Assembly (NCBI GenBank): GCA_965216205.1
Contig: OZ244139.1
Location: 3,705,960 to 3,769,959, forward strand
DNA: 64,000 nt
Direction of reading: 5' to 3'
Source of the DNA: Acidimicrobiales bacterium
GTDB taxonomy: Bacteria > Actinomycetota > Acidimicrobiia > Acidimicrobiales > SZUA-35
The notes under the pieces: model-generated
The model's database searches: none
What the model saw: the letters and a program-made list of their open reading frames with translations, nothing else
What the model was told of the DNA's origin: nothing
Translations under genes and position numbers: made by a program
Shown here: positions 29,401 through 38,006 of the stretch, in pieces
Layout of the letters: each line of letters starts with the position of its first letter
How positions within the stretch are numbered: the first letter of the stretch is position 1

Positions 29401-29719
29401 GCCCGAGCTCCTTCTCGACCGCGATCTCCACCGGCAACCCGTGACAGTCCCACCCTGCCTGGCGAGGCACGTGGTAGCCCTTCATCGTCCGGTAGCGGGG
29501 GAAGACGTCCTTGAAGGCCCTCGCTTCGACGTGATGCGTGCCCGGGTTGCCGTTGGCCGTCGGTGGCCCTTCGTAGAACGACCACCGTGGACCGTCGGCG
29601 GTGCGGGCGACGCTGGCCGCGAAGATGTCGTTGGCGGCCCACCACTCGAGAATCTCCTGCTCCATCGCCGGCAGGTCGACGTGTGTGGGCAGCGACGTGA
29701 AGTCGTGACGATCGGGCAC
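26459..29719 (-). CDS. ileS: isoleucine--tRNA ligase (long, type-2 form)
   Basis: Class I synthetase signatures are present (..PPTANGNPGTHH.., KMSKHLGN), with CP1 editing and C-terminal extensions. The start is placed at GTG 29719, with GGAG 6 nt upstream. Confidence 0.95.
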   Translation of the reverse strand: MPDRHDFTSLPTHVDLPAMEQEILEWWAANDIFAASVARTADGPRWSFYEGPPTANGNPGTHHVEARAFKDVFPRYRTMKGYHVPRQAGWDCHGLPVEIAVEKELGLAGKPDIERIGIETFNEHCRRSVQRHVDDFTAMTERMGYWVDVDAAYWTMAPDYIEAEWWALARIAEMGLLTQDHRVAPYCPRCGTGLSDHEVAQGYEDVIDPSVYVRFPVVGEVAGIADVELLVWTTTPWTLVSNTAVAVHPEITYAIVRTGSGTFLLAEALVSSVLGTDVADDEQAGDASPIPEHGAADVADVEVLALLPGAELEKVGYVPPFDLVPVPDAHVVITADYVTVEDGTGLVHLAPAFGAEDLAACRRFDLPVVNPITPDGHFEPSVELVGGMFFTDANPALMADLDRRGLLLRSVDHAHPYPHCWRCHTRLMYYAQLSWYIRTTERIAELEQENERTNWYPDHIKHGRYGDWLANNVDWALSRNRYWGTPLPVWICDREHHTWVESRADLGRLAGRDLSDLDPHRPFIDEITFPCPSCGGTATRVPEVIDAWFDSGAMPFAQLGYPHRPGSVEEFEDSYPAQFICEAIDQTRGWFYTLMVVGTLVFDRSSYENVVCLGHIMAADGRKMSKHLGNVLEPMPLMDAHGADALRWFMLCSGSPWSARRISDEPLREIVRRVLLTYWNTAAFFTLYASTSDWSHADAGPVAERPVLDRWVLAELDHVATAVDTQLENFDTAGAGRALAQFIDDLSNWYVRRGRARFWAGDPAALSTLHTCLDTTTRLLAPFVPFVTERVWRAAVVPGFEPAHGDAPMSVHLADFPTGDAGGQGAPSVAETLRADMVLARQAVEAGRAVRQAAKIKIRQPLARAVLALPGGRRLSDELAAEVADELNVGRIEPLGSAGEVVELEVKPDFRALGKRFGSRTQQAAAAVVAADPAELAAAIRATGSATVDVDGEPTEITGDEVTLSEVPRIGWAVISQNGLTIALDTTITTELRRAGLAREAIRLIQTARKDAGLEVSDRIRLHIVAEGEMANALHDHRNEVADAVLAIEVVDHDPGSFDPGDRPPGSATAPQHEADLGLTFWLVPR

Positions 29720-29850
29720 GCGGAACTCCGGTGATGACGAGACGGGTGGGCGGGACCACGGGCCGAGCCGGCGATCCGGCGACGAAACCGCCACCGGCGC
29801 GGCGAGGGGCCGAGCGGTCTACCGGCGGTCCAGGTTACCTCGGCGTCCGG

Positions 29851-31254
29851 TCAGCAGCCGATGCCGAGCCAGACCGGGATGTCGCGCGGGGTGCCGGCCA
29901 CCGCCGCCGTGCCGCCGACGTTGAACTCGGCCGAGCCGCCGCCGTCGAACTTGATCAGGTCCTCGTAGCCGGCGGCGGTCGCCCAGTCGACGAGCTGGGG
30001 AACCGTCAGCGACGCGGTGCCGCCGAAGATGAGCCGCTTGGTCTCGTGGTCGATGGCCACGAACGTGTGCCGGTACGTCTGGTAGGTGTAGGGGTCGTTG
30101 GCGACGTCGGAGCTGAAGTCGGGGTCGCGCTGCCCGTCGATGATCAACGGGATCCCGGCGGCTGCCCACACCCACTCCGAGGGGTCCACCCGCTCGTTCG
30201 GCTCGAGGTCCCGCAGGTACGGGGAGGTCTCGGCCGATGCGTGCCACGACTCGATCACCGTTCGGCCGTTGTGGTAGGCGACGCTGTTGAGGCGCGTGTG
30301 GTGAGGCCCGAGCGTCTGGCCCGGCCACACCTCCACCACGCTCTTCGGCGACGGGTCGAACCGCAGGCCGAACACGCCGCGGTCGGTGCGGTCCGATGAG
30401 CCCTTGGCCCCTCGGCCATCCACGATGCCGATGCCGAGCACGCCGGGGTTGGCTCGATCCTTCTCCGCCGGCACCAGCCAGTTCCCGTTGATCGAGGCGA
30501 CCGAGCACCGGTTCACGCCGGTCTCGAAGACCGGCCTCGTCAGGTCGACCTCGACGCCGCTGATCGACCCGCTGCCCCAGGTGACCCCGATCGACTTGTA
30601 GCCGTTGGCCGACATGGTGGCGCTCGCCAGCGGCACGAGCTTGGCCTCCTGGCACGACGACACTGCGGCCGACTCCGCAGGGTAGATGCTGTGACAGGTG
30701 TCGGTGAGCCGCAGGTACTCCTTCAGCTCGGCGAAGTTGACCATCATGTCCCACCGGGTGAGGGCGCCCGAGCTGAGGAGCCCGGTCCAGTAGTCGCGAC
30801 CGCCGGCGTCCGGCGTGCGACACAGCACGTTGCCGTACACCAGGTCGACGTACTGGGCGTGGCTGAGGTTGCCGTAGCGGGCGACGAACTCGTCGCTCGT
30901 GGCGAACTGGAAGGCGAGGGCGGACAGCGAGGCGCCGTTGGCCCTGGTCCTGGCCCAGTAGTCGAAGCCACCCTGGTCGGGTTGCCGGAGGAAGAAGGCC
31001 TGGTAGAGGCGCCACACCCGGGCGTGACCGGCCGAGTACGCCACCTGGCCACCGAAGTCGGCGGCCGGTGCGGCGATCGCGCAGGCGTTCGCCTGGGGCG
31101 TCGAGTTCACGATTGCGGCGGCGACCGCGGCGTCGACCGTCGGACCGGCTGTGCCGTCGACCGTCGTCGTGCTGTCGGCGGCAGCGGGGGTCACCAGGGG
31201 CTGGACGCCGAGGACCACGGCCAACACGATGAGGATTCGGGCGAACGTTGCCAT
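29851..31254 (-). CDS. secreted protein with DUF4214 repeats and a phosphodiester-glycosidase (NAGPA/DUF2233-like) domain
   Basis: A signal peptide is followed by ..GGFDYWA..SDEF.. and ..GGRDYW.. DUF4214-type repeats. The C-terminus ends ..KFDGGGSAEF... Confidence 0.65.
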   Translation of the reverse strand: MATFARILIVLAVVLGVQPLVTPAAADSTTTVDGTAGPTVDAAVAAAIVNSTPQANACAIAAPAADFGGQVAYSAGHARVWRLYQAFFLRQPDQGGFDYWARTRANGASLSALAFQFATSDEFVARYGNLSHAQYVDLVYGNVLCRTPDAGGRDYWTGLLSSGALTRWDMMVNFAELKEYLRLTDTCHSIYPAESAAVSSCQEAKLVPLASATMSANGYKSIGVTWGSGSISGVEVDLTRPVFETGVNRCSVASINGNWLVPAEKDRANPGVLGIGIVDGRGAKGSSDRTDRGVFGLRFDPSPKSVVEVWPGQTLGPHHTRLNSVAYHNGRTVIESWHASAETSPYLRDLEPNERVDPSEWVWAAAGIPLIIDGQRDPDFSSDVANDPYTYQTYRHTFVAIDHETKRLIFGGTASLTVPQLVDWATAAGYEDLIKFDGGGSAEFNVGGTAAVAGTPRDIPVWLGIGC

Positions 31255-31390
31255 GGCGGCCTTCCGGTGGGGTCGCGGCGCGAGGACGTGTGAACTCGCG
31301 GTATCGGCGCCCGACGGCCGGCCCTTGAGCGGGCTGTGGCACCGGTAGGTGGTAGTGACCGGGCGAGATCGGCTCGGCTACCGTCGCGAC

Positions 31391-32440
31391 ATGCTGATCG
31401 AACGGATCGAATCGAAGTGGATCGACGCCTTCGCCGCGACATTCGAGATGTGCGGCGTCGGCTCGGGCGACGTGTGCGCCGTGCTGTCGGAGAGCCAGAG
31501 TCGGGAGATCAATGTTCAGCTCAGCGAGCTCGCCCTGCAACGGCTCGGGGCGCAGGTCTTCCACGTCCGTATCCCCACGCCGGCCCAGACCGCCCCGGTG
31601 CCCATCCGATCCACCGGGGCGTCCGACGCGATCGGCGGGATCCAGCCGGTGATCGCGGCGCTGGCGTCGTCGACGCTGGTGGCCGACTGCACCGTGGAGG
31701 GTCTCCTCCACGCCCCCGAGCTGCCGGCGATCCTCGGCGACGGCGCCCGGGTGCTGATGGTGTCGAACGAGCATCCCGAGCTCCTCGAGCGCATGCGGCC
31801 CGATCCCGCGCTCGAGGAGCGGGTGAAGCTCGGCACGAAGATGCTCCGGGCGGCGGAGACGATGACGGTTACCTCCCCGGGCGGGACCGACCTCACGATC
31901 GACGTGGCCAAGGCACCCGCCGGTTCGAGCTGGGGCTACACGGCCCGCCCGGGGACGATCGCCCACTGGCCGGGCGGGCTGTGCCTCTGCTTTCCCGCCG
32001 CAGGCTCGGTCAACGGCACCCTCGTGCTCGACCACGGCGACGTGAACCTCACGTTCAAGCGGTACATGGAGTCGCCGGTGCGGCTGACGATCGTCGACGA
32101 CTACATCACCGACATCGAGGGCGACGGGCTCGACGCCGCCCTCATGACCAGCTACTTCGAGGCCTGGGGCGACAAGGAGGCCTACGCGGTGTCGCACGTG
32201 GGTTGGGGCATGAACACCGCGGCGCGGTGGGACGCGCTCACCATGTACGACAAGTCACAGGTGAACGGCACCGAGCTTCGGGCCTTCGGCGGCAACTTCC
32301 TCTACTCGACCGGCGCCAACGAGGTGGCCGGGCGACACACGCTCGGCCACTTCGACCTGCCGATGCGGCGCTGCACCGTCGCGCTCGACGGTACCGATGT
32401 GGTGACCGACGGGGTGCTCCAGGGCGACCTCGCCCCCTGA
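31391..32440 (+). CDS. M29/aminopeptidase-T-like fold protein (2,5-dihydroxypyridine dioxygenase NicX-like)
   Basis: Overall similarity by eye to the NicX / leucyl aminopeptidase-T family (..HVGWGMN..GNFLYSTG..H.D). The assignment is moderate. Confidence 0.6.
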   Translation: MLIERIESKWIDAFAATFEMCGVGSGDVCAVLSESQSREINVQLSELALQRLGAQVFHVRIPTPAQTAPVPIRSTGASDAIGGIQPVIAALASSTLVADCTVEGLLHAPELPAILGDGARVLMVSNEHPELLERMRPDPALEERVKLGTKMLRAAETMTVTSPGGTDLTIDVAKAPAGSSWGYTARPGTIAHWPGGLCLCFPAAGSVNGTLVLDHGDVNLTFKRYMESPVRLTIVDDYITDIEGDGLDAALMTSYFEAWGDKEAYAVSHVGWGMNTAARWDALTMYDKSQVNGTELRAFGGNFLYSTGANEVAGRHTLGHFDLPMRRCTVALDGTDVVTDGVLQGDLAP

Positions 32441-32524
32441 CCGGCGTCTGCGTCGCGGACGGGTGTGCCGGGCTGCTGCGGTGCGCCGTCCGGATCGACA
32501 TGGCGTGGCCTAGTGTTGTCGGCC

Positions 32525-33085
32525 ATGAACAACTCGGCATCCCGGCTCGTGCTGATGGGCCTCGGTATCGGCACCGTGCTCGCGCTGCTCGGCTGGCTGG
32601 CGTTCGGCTTCTTCGGGATCCAGGCGGCCTTCACCGACACCGAGGTCGACGAGGGCGGACCGGTGTTCGCCAGCGAGGCCGAGGAGGCCGAGTTCGACGA
32701 GGCGATGGAGGAGGCGGAGGCAAACCCCACCGAGACCGACGAGGACATGCCGGAGACCGAGGCCGAGGCCGAGATCGTGACGGTCGCCAGCGGGACCTTC
32801 ACCGGGGTGTCCCGCTACGACGTGTCCGGCGACGCCCTGGTGCTGAACGACGGCACCGAGCAGCGATTCCTCCGCCTCGAGAACTTCGAGTCGTCGAACG
32901 GTCCGGATCTGAACGTGTACCTGCGGGCCGAGGACGGGAGCTTCGTCGACCTCGGTGACCTGAAGGGCAACATCGGCGACCAGAACTACGAGATCCCGAC
33001 CACGGTCGATCTCGAGGTCCACAACAAGGTGGAGATCTGGTGCGTCCGCTTCGACGTGGAGTTCGGGAACGCCGTGCTCAGCTGA
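32525..33085 (+). CDS. membrane-anchored DM13 domain protein
   Basis: An N-terminal TM and an acidic linker precede ..G.F.G.....SG.A.......R.LRLE.F....GPDL.VYL... and a C-terminal IWC..F... motif typical of DM13. Confidence 0.65.
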   Translation: MNNSASRLVLMGLGIGTVLALLGWLAFGFFGIQAAFTDTEVDEGGPVFASEAEEAEFDEAMEEAEANPTETDEDMPETEAEAEIVTVASGTFTGVSRYDVSGDALVLNDGTEQRFLRLENFESSNGPDLNVYLRAEDGSFVDLGDLKGNIGDQNYEIPTTVDLEVHNKVEIWCVRFDVEFGNAVLS

Positions 33086-33114
33086 GCCGGGCTGCAAGGC
33101 ACTCGGCCCGGCTC
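33084..33114. terminator. hairpin between convergent genes (bidirectional terminator candidate)
   Basis: GAGCCGGGC, a 13-nt loop, then GCCCGGCTC: a perfect 9-bp stem. Confidence 0.5.
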
Positions 33115-33148
33115 CGCTTGAGCCGAACCAGGTCGAGCGGCCCGCCCG

Positions 33149-34900
33149 TCAGGGCATCTCGACGATCGTGACCGCGCCGGTGTCGCCATCGACCTCGATC
33201 GTGGCCCCGTCGGGGATCCGCTTCGTAGCATCGGTTACCGACACGACACAGGGTATGCCGAGCTCGCGGCTGACGATGATCGCGTGGCTGAGCGGCGCAC
33301 CGACGTCGACGACCACCCCGGCCGCGGGAACGAACAACGGCGTCCACGACGGATCGGTGATCGGGGCCACGAGGATGTCGCCGGGGGACAGCGCGGTCGG
33401 GTCGTGGGAGTTCGTGACGACCCTGGCGATCCCGCGGGCTTTCCCGGGGCAGCCCGGTACGCCCTGGAGCGCATCACCGGCCGAGACGGCCTCGATGGCC
33501 ACGGCGTCGCGGGCCGGGTAGGTCGACATCGGTGGCGCCTCGCCCACGAACAGGAACGGCTCCTGCAGGTTCTTGACATCGCCCATGAGCGTCTCCCGCT
33601 CGACGAGCTTGTCGTGGTAGCCGTCGGGCGAGTCGAGAAAATCGTAGACCTCGCTGCGCTCGAGCATGCCGTAGGAGTTCACATGGGGGAACGTCCCGGC
33701 CTCGACGCAGCGCCGGCCCCACTCCCGCGCCGCCATACGGCCCTCGTGGATGAGCTTGATGCAGTTGGTCTTGGTCCGCTCCCGGCCCGGCATGAACACG
33801 GTTGCCGAATGCAGCGCCGCCTGGAACTGGCCCTGGGTCTCGGGGTCTTCGGCGAGCATGGCCACGATCTGGTCACCGATCGTCTTGCGCTCCGCTGCCC
33901 TGGCGTCATTCGACGCCTGCGGGGCAGCGCCGGCGTCGGCGAGGCGCATACGGTCGATGGCGGCGAGGGCGAGGTCGGGGTTGGTCTCCCACGTCGGCGA
34001 GCGGGTCTCCCACTCGTTCGGGCCACGGGAGCCGTATGAGAACAGGAACGAGTCGAACGCCTCGACGAACGAGGTGACCGCACCGTCGGTGCTGGCCCGC
34101 AGCCGGGCATCGAGGCCCGAGATGCCCTCGTCGAACTCGCGCTGGAGCGATGCCGAGGCGGCGACCTGGCGCCCCAGGTCCCACATGGCCATCGACGGTG
34201 CCGCCGATTCGACGTCGCCCACACCGGCGATCAGCTTGAGGGTCGCCTCGGGCATGCCGACCGCCTCGGCCACCTTGGCGATGATGCCCATCGGAACCGA
34301 TGCGAGGAACGTGATGTAGATGTGCTGGGCGAAGAGCTGCCCGAAGTGGTCGTCCATGAGCTGGAAGAAGTAGTCGATCAGTTCACGGTCCGACATCGCA
34401 GCGAGGTCGGGACGGTTCGCCCGGAGCGCGTTGACCATCTGCTCGTCGGCGGCGACGTCGGGAAGGTCAGGGGTGGTGAGGGTCCACTGGAACGTGGCGC
34501 CGATCTTCTCGGTGAGCTCCGGCCGATCGTCGCCGGGACCGGGGATGAACTCGGGAACACCGGGAGCATCGCCGAAGAACGCATCGTCGATGTCCTTGTA
34601 GGTCATCCCCGGGGCGCGGTGGCCGAGCATCCGGAGCGCGGACGCGTTCAGGTAGCCGTAGCCGCCGGTGACGCCGAGAAAGACGGCCCGGTCGGGAGCG
34701 ACCTCGTCGGCCGTGATCACCCCTATCCGCTCGTAGGCGACACGGAACCCCTCCTCCGCGCCACCGATGCCGTCGGCGTGCTCGAACCAACCGAAGGTGA
34801 GGGGGGCGACGGGGTCCGGGAAGACCTCACCGATGTTCGCCCTGGTGTAGAACGAGAACTTCTCGTCGGGTGTCGTCTCCACGAGCCACTTGTCGACCAT
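33149..34900 (-). CDS. PEP-utilizing enzyme family protein (mobile phosphohistidine domain at the C-terminus)
   Basis: The C-terminus ..GKARGIARVV......L.PGDILVAP.TDPSWTPLF..AAGVVVDVGAPLSHAAIVSRELGIP.V is the typical PEP-utilizers swivel domain. Confidence 0.75.
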   Translation of the reverse strand: MVDKWLVETTPDEKFSFYTRANIGEVFPDPVAPLTFGWFEHADGIGGAEEGFRVAYERIGVITADEVAPDRAVFLGVTGGYGYLNASALRMLGHRAPGMTYKDIDDAFFGDAPGVPEFIPGPGDDRPELTEKIGATFQWTLTTPDLPDVAADEQMVNALRANRPDLAAMSDRELIDYFFQLMDDHFGQLFAQHIYITFLASVPMGIIAKVAEAVGMPEATLKLIAGVGDVESAAPSMAMWDLGRQVAASASLQREFDEGISGLDARLRASTDGAVTSFVEAFDSFLFSYGSRGPNEWETRSPTWETNPDLALAAIDRMRLADAGAAPQASNDARAAERKTIGDQIVAMLAEDPETQGQFQAALHSATVFMPGRERTKTNCIKLIHEGRMAAREWGRRCVEAGTFPHVNSYGMLERSEVYDFLDSPDGYHDKLVERETLMGDVKNLQEPFLFVGEAPPMSTYPARDAVAIEAVSAGDALQGVPGCPGKARGIARVVTNSHDPTALSPGDILVAPITDPSWTPLFVPAAGVVVDVGAPLSHAIIVSRELGIPCVVSVTDATKRIPDGATIEVDGDTGAVTIVEMP

Positions 34901-35008
34901 CCGGTGCGTTCTCCAATCCGGTGCATCTGCGTCGGATGGACGCTACTCGCTCAACGTGTTCGCCGCCCGGTTCATCCCGGTGTGGTCGAACCGGGGAGAC
35001 TGTCGCTC

Positions 35009-35812
35009 GTGGCGAGTTCATCGTGGGAAGCAGCCACCCGACGGCAGTACGACGACGAGACGAACCTGGCGGCCCGCCAGGCACTGTTCGAGCACCTGAT
35101 CGAGGCCACGCCCCTGGCCCCGCCGCTCGACGATCTCGCCTCGCTGGAGGGGCAGCGGGTGCTCGATGTCGGGTGCGGCAACGGCCAGTTCCTGGCTGCA
35201 GCCGTGAACGGCGGCGCCCGGACCGTCGGCTGCGATCTGTCGCTCGGTATGGCGCGGGCGGCGAAGATCGCCTCGAACGGCCTCGTGGCCCAGGCCGATG
35301 CCCACCGGCTCCCGATCGCCAGCGGCACGATCGACACGGTGCTGGCCCTGTGGATGCTGTATCACGTCGACGACAAGCCCACCGCGCTCGCCGAGATCGC
35401 CCGGGTGCTCCGGCCCGGCGGCCTGCTGGTGGCGGCGACGAACTCCGGCGACGACGGCGACATCGACGGCCTGGTGTGCGCCGCGCTCTCGACGGTGCTC
35501 GGTCGGACGGTCGACGACTGGCACGCTCCGCTGTCCTTCACCGCCGAGAACGGGGCGGCGATCATCGGCGACGTCTTCGGCGACGACGCGGTGGCGACCC
35601 ACCCGTTCGGCACCGCGTTCGCGGTCGACGATGCCGCGGTGCTGGTGGGCTACGCCGGCTCGATGTTGGGCCCGATGCACGAGCATCACGGCGACTTCGA
35701 CGACGAGGCGCTGCTCCGGGCGGTCGGCGAGCGATGCGACCAGGCGATCGCCGAAGACGGCTCGCTCCGCATCGAGCGCGGCGGGGCGGTGTTCATCGGC
35801 CACCGCCGCTGA
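35009..35812 (+). CDS. class I SAM-dependent methyltransferase
   Basis: It has the VLDVGCGNG motif I and ..LRPGGLLV... The GTG 35009 start is uncertain. Confidence 0.75.
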   Translation: MASSSWEAATRRQYDDETNLAARQALFEHLIEATPLAPPLDDLASLEGQRVLDVGCGNGQFLAAAVNGGARTVGCDLSLGMARAAKIASNGLVAQADAHRLPIASGTIDTVLALWMLYHVDDKPTALAEIARVLRPGGLLVAATNSGDDGDIDGLVCAALSTVLGRTVDDWHAPLSFTAENGAAIIGDVFGDDAVATHPFGTAFAVDDAAVLVGYAGSMLGPMHEHHGDFDDEALLRAVGERCDQAIAEDGSLRIERGGAVFIGHRR

Positions 35813-35907
35813 TCGCACCGAGGGCGGTGCGCCGGCGGCCGACCGGATCGGCGGTGGGATGGGCGGTGGCCCTTGCGCCCCGTCGACCGCCGGGCCAGGC
35901 TTGCCGG

Positions 35908-36735
35908 ATGTCAGCGTCCGACGCGCCTCTCGACACCTACCACAAGGACCATTGGGTGGAGATCGAGCCCGACCGGTTCGACCGGTACGAGGCGCTGTTC
36001 GAGCTCGACGACCGTCGGGCCGACATCGTGCTCGGGCCGGTGCGGGTCGAGCCGGGCGAGACGATCGTCGACTTCGGCTGCGGTCCCGGCTACGTGGCCA
36101 CCCACCTGGCTCGGCTCGCCGGCCCCGACGGTCGCGTCCACGCCGTCGACGTGAACGAGCAGTTCGTGGCCCGCACCCGAGAGCTGGCCGACGAGACCGG
36201 CCGGGGGCACCAGATCACGGTCCACCACTCCCCCGACGAGCGGCTCCCCCTCGAGGATGGACTGGCCGACCGGGTGTATGCCAAGAACGTGCTCGAGTAC
36301 GTGCCCGATCTCGACGGCGTGCTGGGGGAGCTGCACCGCGTGCTCCGGGTGGGCGGTCGCATGGTCGCCTCCGACTCCGACTTCGGGTTCGTGGTCATCG
36401 AGCCGCTGGCACCAGCGGAGATCACCGAGCTGTTCGACGCGGCGGCCCCGGCGTTCAAGGAGCCGAACGTCGGGCGCAAGCTCCGGGCCGCCTACCTGCG
36501 GGCCGGCTTCACCGACGTCGACGTCGCCGTCACAGCGGCGGTCGACACGGCCGGGCGTATGCGGAGCGTGATCGAGAACATGCTCGGCTACGGGCTGAAG
36601 TTCGATCGCATCACCGAAGGGCGAGCGGCCGAGCTCCGATCGCGGGTGGACGACGCCATCGCCGACGGCACCTTCCTCGCCGTGCTCCCCCAGTGGTGGG
36701 TCACCGGCACGAAGGCCGACAGCGACCTCCAATAG
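35908..36735 (+). CDS. class I SAM-dependent methyltransferase
   Basis: It has the IVDFGCGPG motif I and ..LRVGGRMV... The start is ATG 35908. Confidence 0.8.
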   Translation: MSASDAPLDTYHKDHWVEIEPDRFDRYEALFELDDRRADIVLGPVRVEPGETIVDFGCGPGYVATHLARLAGPDGRVHAVDVNEQFVARTRELADETGRGHQITVHHSPDERLPLEDGLADRVYAKNVLEYVPDLDGVLGELHRVLRVGGRMVASDSDFGFVVIEPLAPAEITELFDAAAPAFKEPNVGRKLRAAYLRAGFTDVDVAVTAAVDTAGRMRSVIENMLGYGLKFDRITEGRAAELRSRVDDAIADGTFLAVLPQWWVTGTKADSDLQ

Positions 36736-36970
36736 CCCGAGCTTCGTCGACTCGTAAATCGCTCGCCAGGGCCCATACTTCGACGTACCGTGACCTGCAG
36801 GGGCCGAGCGCCAGGGGAAAAGAAGCAACACCTGAGCCTTGTCTTCATCCAAGAGATCTGAGCGCAACTCTTCTCGGAGCGTTTCCTTCGTGTCGTTCCT
36901 CTTCGGCGCTCGGCCTTCGCACGACCACCGGGCTCGTCGGGGCGGCAGTGCCTGTTGGCGCGGCGCGCCC

Positions 36971-37054
36971 GACCGACGTTCAGACCGTAGTGACCGACCA
37001 GACCGCAACGACCGACCAGACCGCAACGACCGACCAGACCGCAACGACCGACCA
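36971..37054. repeat. array of nine GACCG-initiated 9-mers, including 3.5 perfect copies of the 18-mer GACCGACCAGACCGCAAC
   Basis: GACCG occurs at 36971, 36983, 36992, 37001, 37010, 37019, 37028, 37037 and 37046. The array ends 1 nt before the AGGAGG SD of the SPFH gene. Confidence 0.85.
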
Positions 37055-37073
37055 CAGGAGGCGGTGAATCAGC

Positions 37074-37931
37074 ATGACAGAGACAACGAACAGCTGCGTC
37101 GTCCACGAGGGCCACGTCGGACTGCTCTACGAGAGCGGTCGGTTCGAGCGGGTTCTCGTGCCGGGCGCCCACGCGCTCGACCACCGGGGCTGGTTCGCCC
37201 GCACCTTCCGGACCGCCGACCGACCCGATCGTTCGGTCCGATATGTCGACATGCGGGAGCGGTCGATCACGATCAAGGGTCAGGAGATCCTCACGGCCGA
37301 CAAGGTCGCGATCCGGGTCAGCCTGCTCGTCTACCTCCAGGTCACCGACCCGGTACGGGCAATGCACCAGGTCGAGACGTTCGAGGACCGGGTCTACGAG
37401 GATGTCCAGCTCGCGGCCCGACGGTTCCTGGCGAGCCGGGAGCTCGACGCGATCCTCACCGACCGGAACGAGATCTCCGACGCGGTGCGCGACGAGGTCC
37501 GGGAGGCAGCGACCGGCTACGGCGTCGAGGTGCTCCGAGCCGACGTGAAGGACCTGGTCTTCCCGGGCAACCTCCGCGACATCATGAACCAGGTGCTCGA
37601 GACCGAGCGTCGAGCCGAGGCCCGCCTGGTCGAGGCCCGTCGTGACGCCGAGGCGGGCCGTATCCAGACCGAGGCGGAGCACGAGAAGGCTCGGATCGCA
37701 CTCGACATGGCCAACGCGGCGGCACGGTCCAAGGCCGAGCTCCAGGCGGATCTCGATCGGCTCACGCTCAACGCCGATCTGGAGAAGGCGCAGGCACTGG
37801 CCGCCAACCCTGGCCTGCTTCGCCTCCGGGAGCTGCAGGCGCTCGAGGCGATGGCGGCATCGGGTGCACGGTTCGCCATCGGCCTCGACCGGGGCGGCCT
37901 CGACAGCTTCTTCGACGGTGACGACGACTGA
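37074..37931 (+). CDS. SPFH/band-7 (slipin-type) domain protein
   Basis: The SPFH core reads ..ITIKGQEILTADKVAIRVSLLVYLQVTDP..VEVLRADVKDLVFP... A coiled-coil tail follows. There is no obvious N-terminal TM helix. Confidence 0.85.
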   Translation: MTETTNSCVVHEGHVGLLYESGRFERVLVPGAHALDHRGWFARTFRTADRPDRSVRYVDMRERSITIKGQEILTADKVAIRVSLLVYLQVTDPVRAMHQVETFEDRVYEDVQLAARRFLASRELDAILTDRNEISDAVRDEVREAATGYGVEVLRADVKDLVFPGNLRDIMNQVLETERRAEARLVEARRDAEAGRIQTEAEHEKARIALDMANAAARSKAELQADLDRLTLNADLEKAQALAANPGLLRLRELQALEAMAASGARFAIGLDRGGLDSFFDGDDD

Positions 37932-37957
37932 TCGAGCCGTCGAAGCACAGGCGGACA

Positions 37958-37992
37958 GGCGCCGGGCGGGGGTTCACGCTCCGCCCGGCGCC
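37958..37992. terminator. GC-rich hairpin between convergent genes (bidirectional terminator candidate)
   Basis: GGCGCCGGGCGG, an 11-nt loop, then CCGCCCGGCGCC: a perfect 12-bp stem. Confidence 0.55.
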
Positions 37993-38006
37993 GCCGCGCC
38001 TGGCCG

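Noticed and set aside
29720-29850. Possible T-box riboswitch leader upstream of ileS. Actinobacterial ileS genes are known to use translational T-boxes.
   Set aside because: The leader is only about 130 nt long. It does contain a hairpin GCCGG-AUCG-CCGGC that displays the Ile codon AUC, and a GUGGUCCCGC stretch resembling the T-box core GGUGGUACCGCG. However, I could not build a canonical specifier loop or an anti-sequestrator with the UGGU on the 5' bulge, nor an SD-sequestering helix. A covariance-model scan (Rfam T-box) would be needed. The question stays unresolved rather than called.
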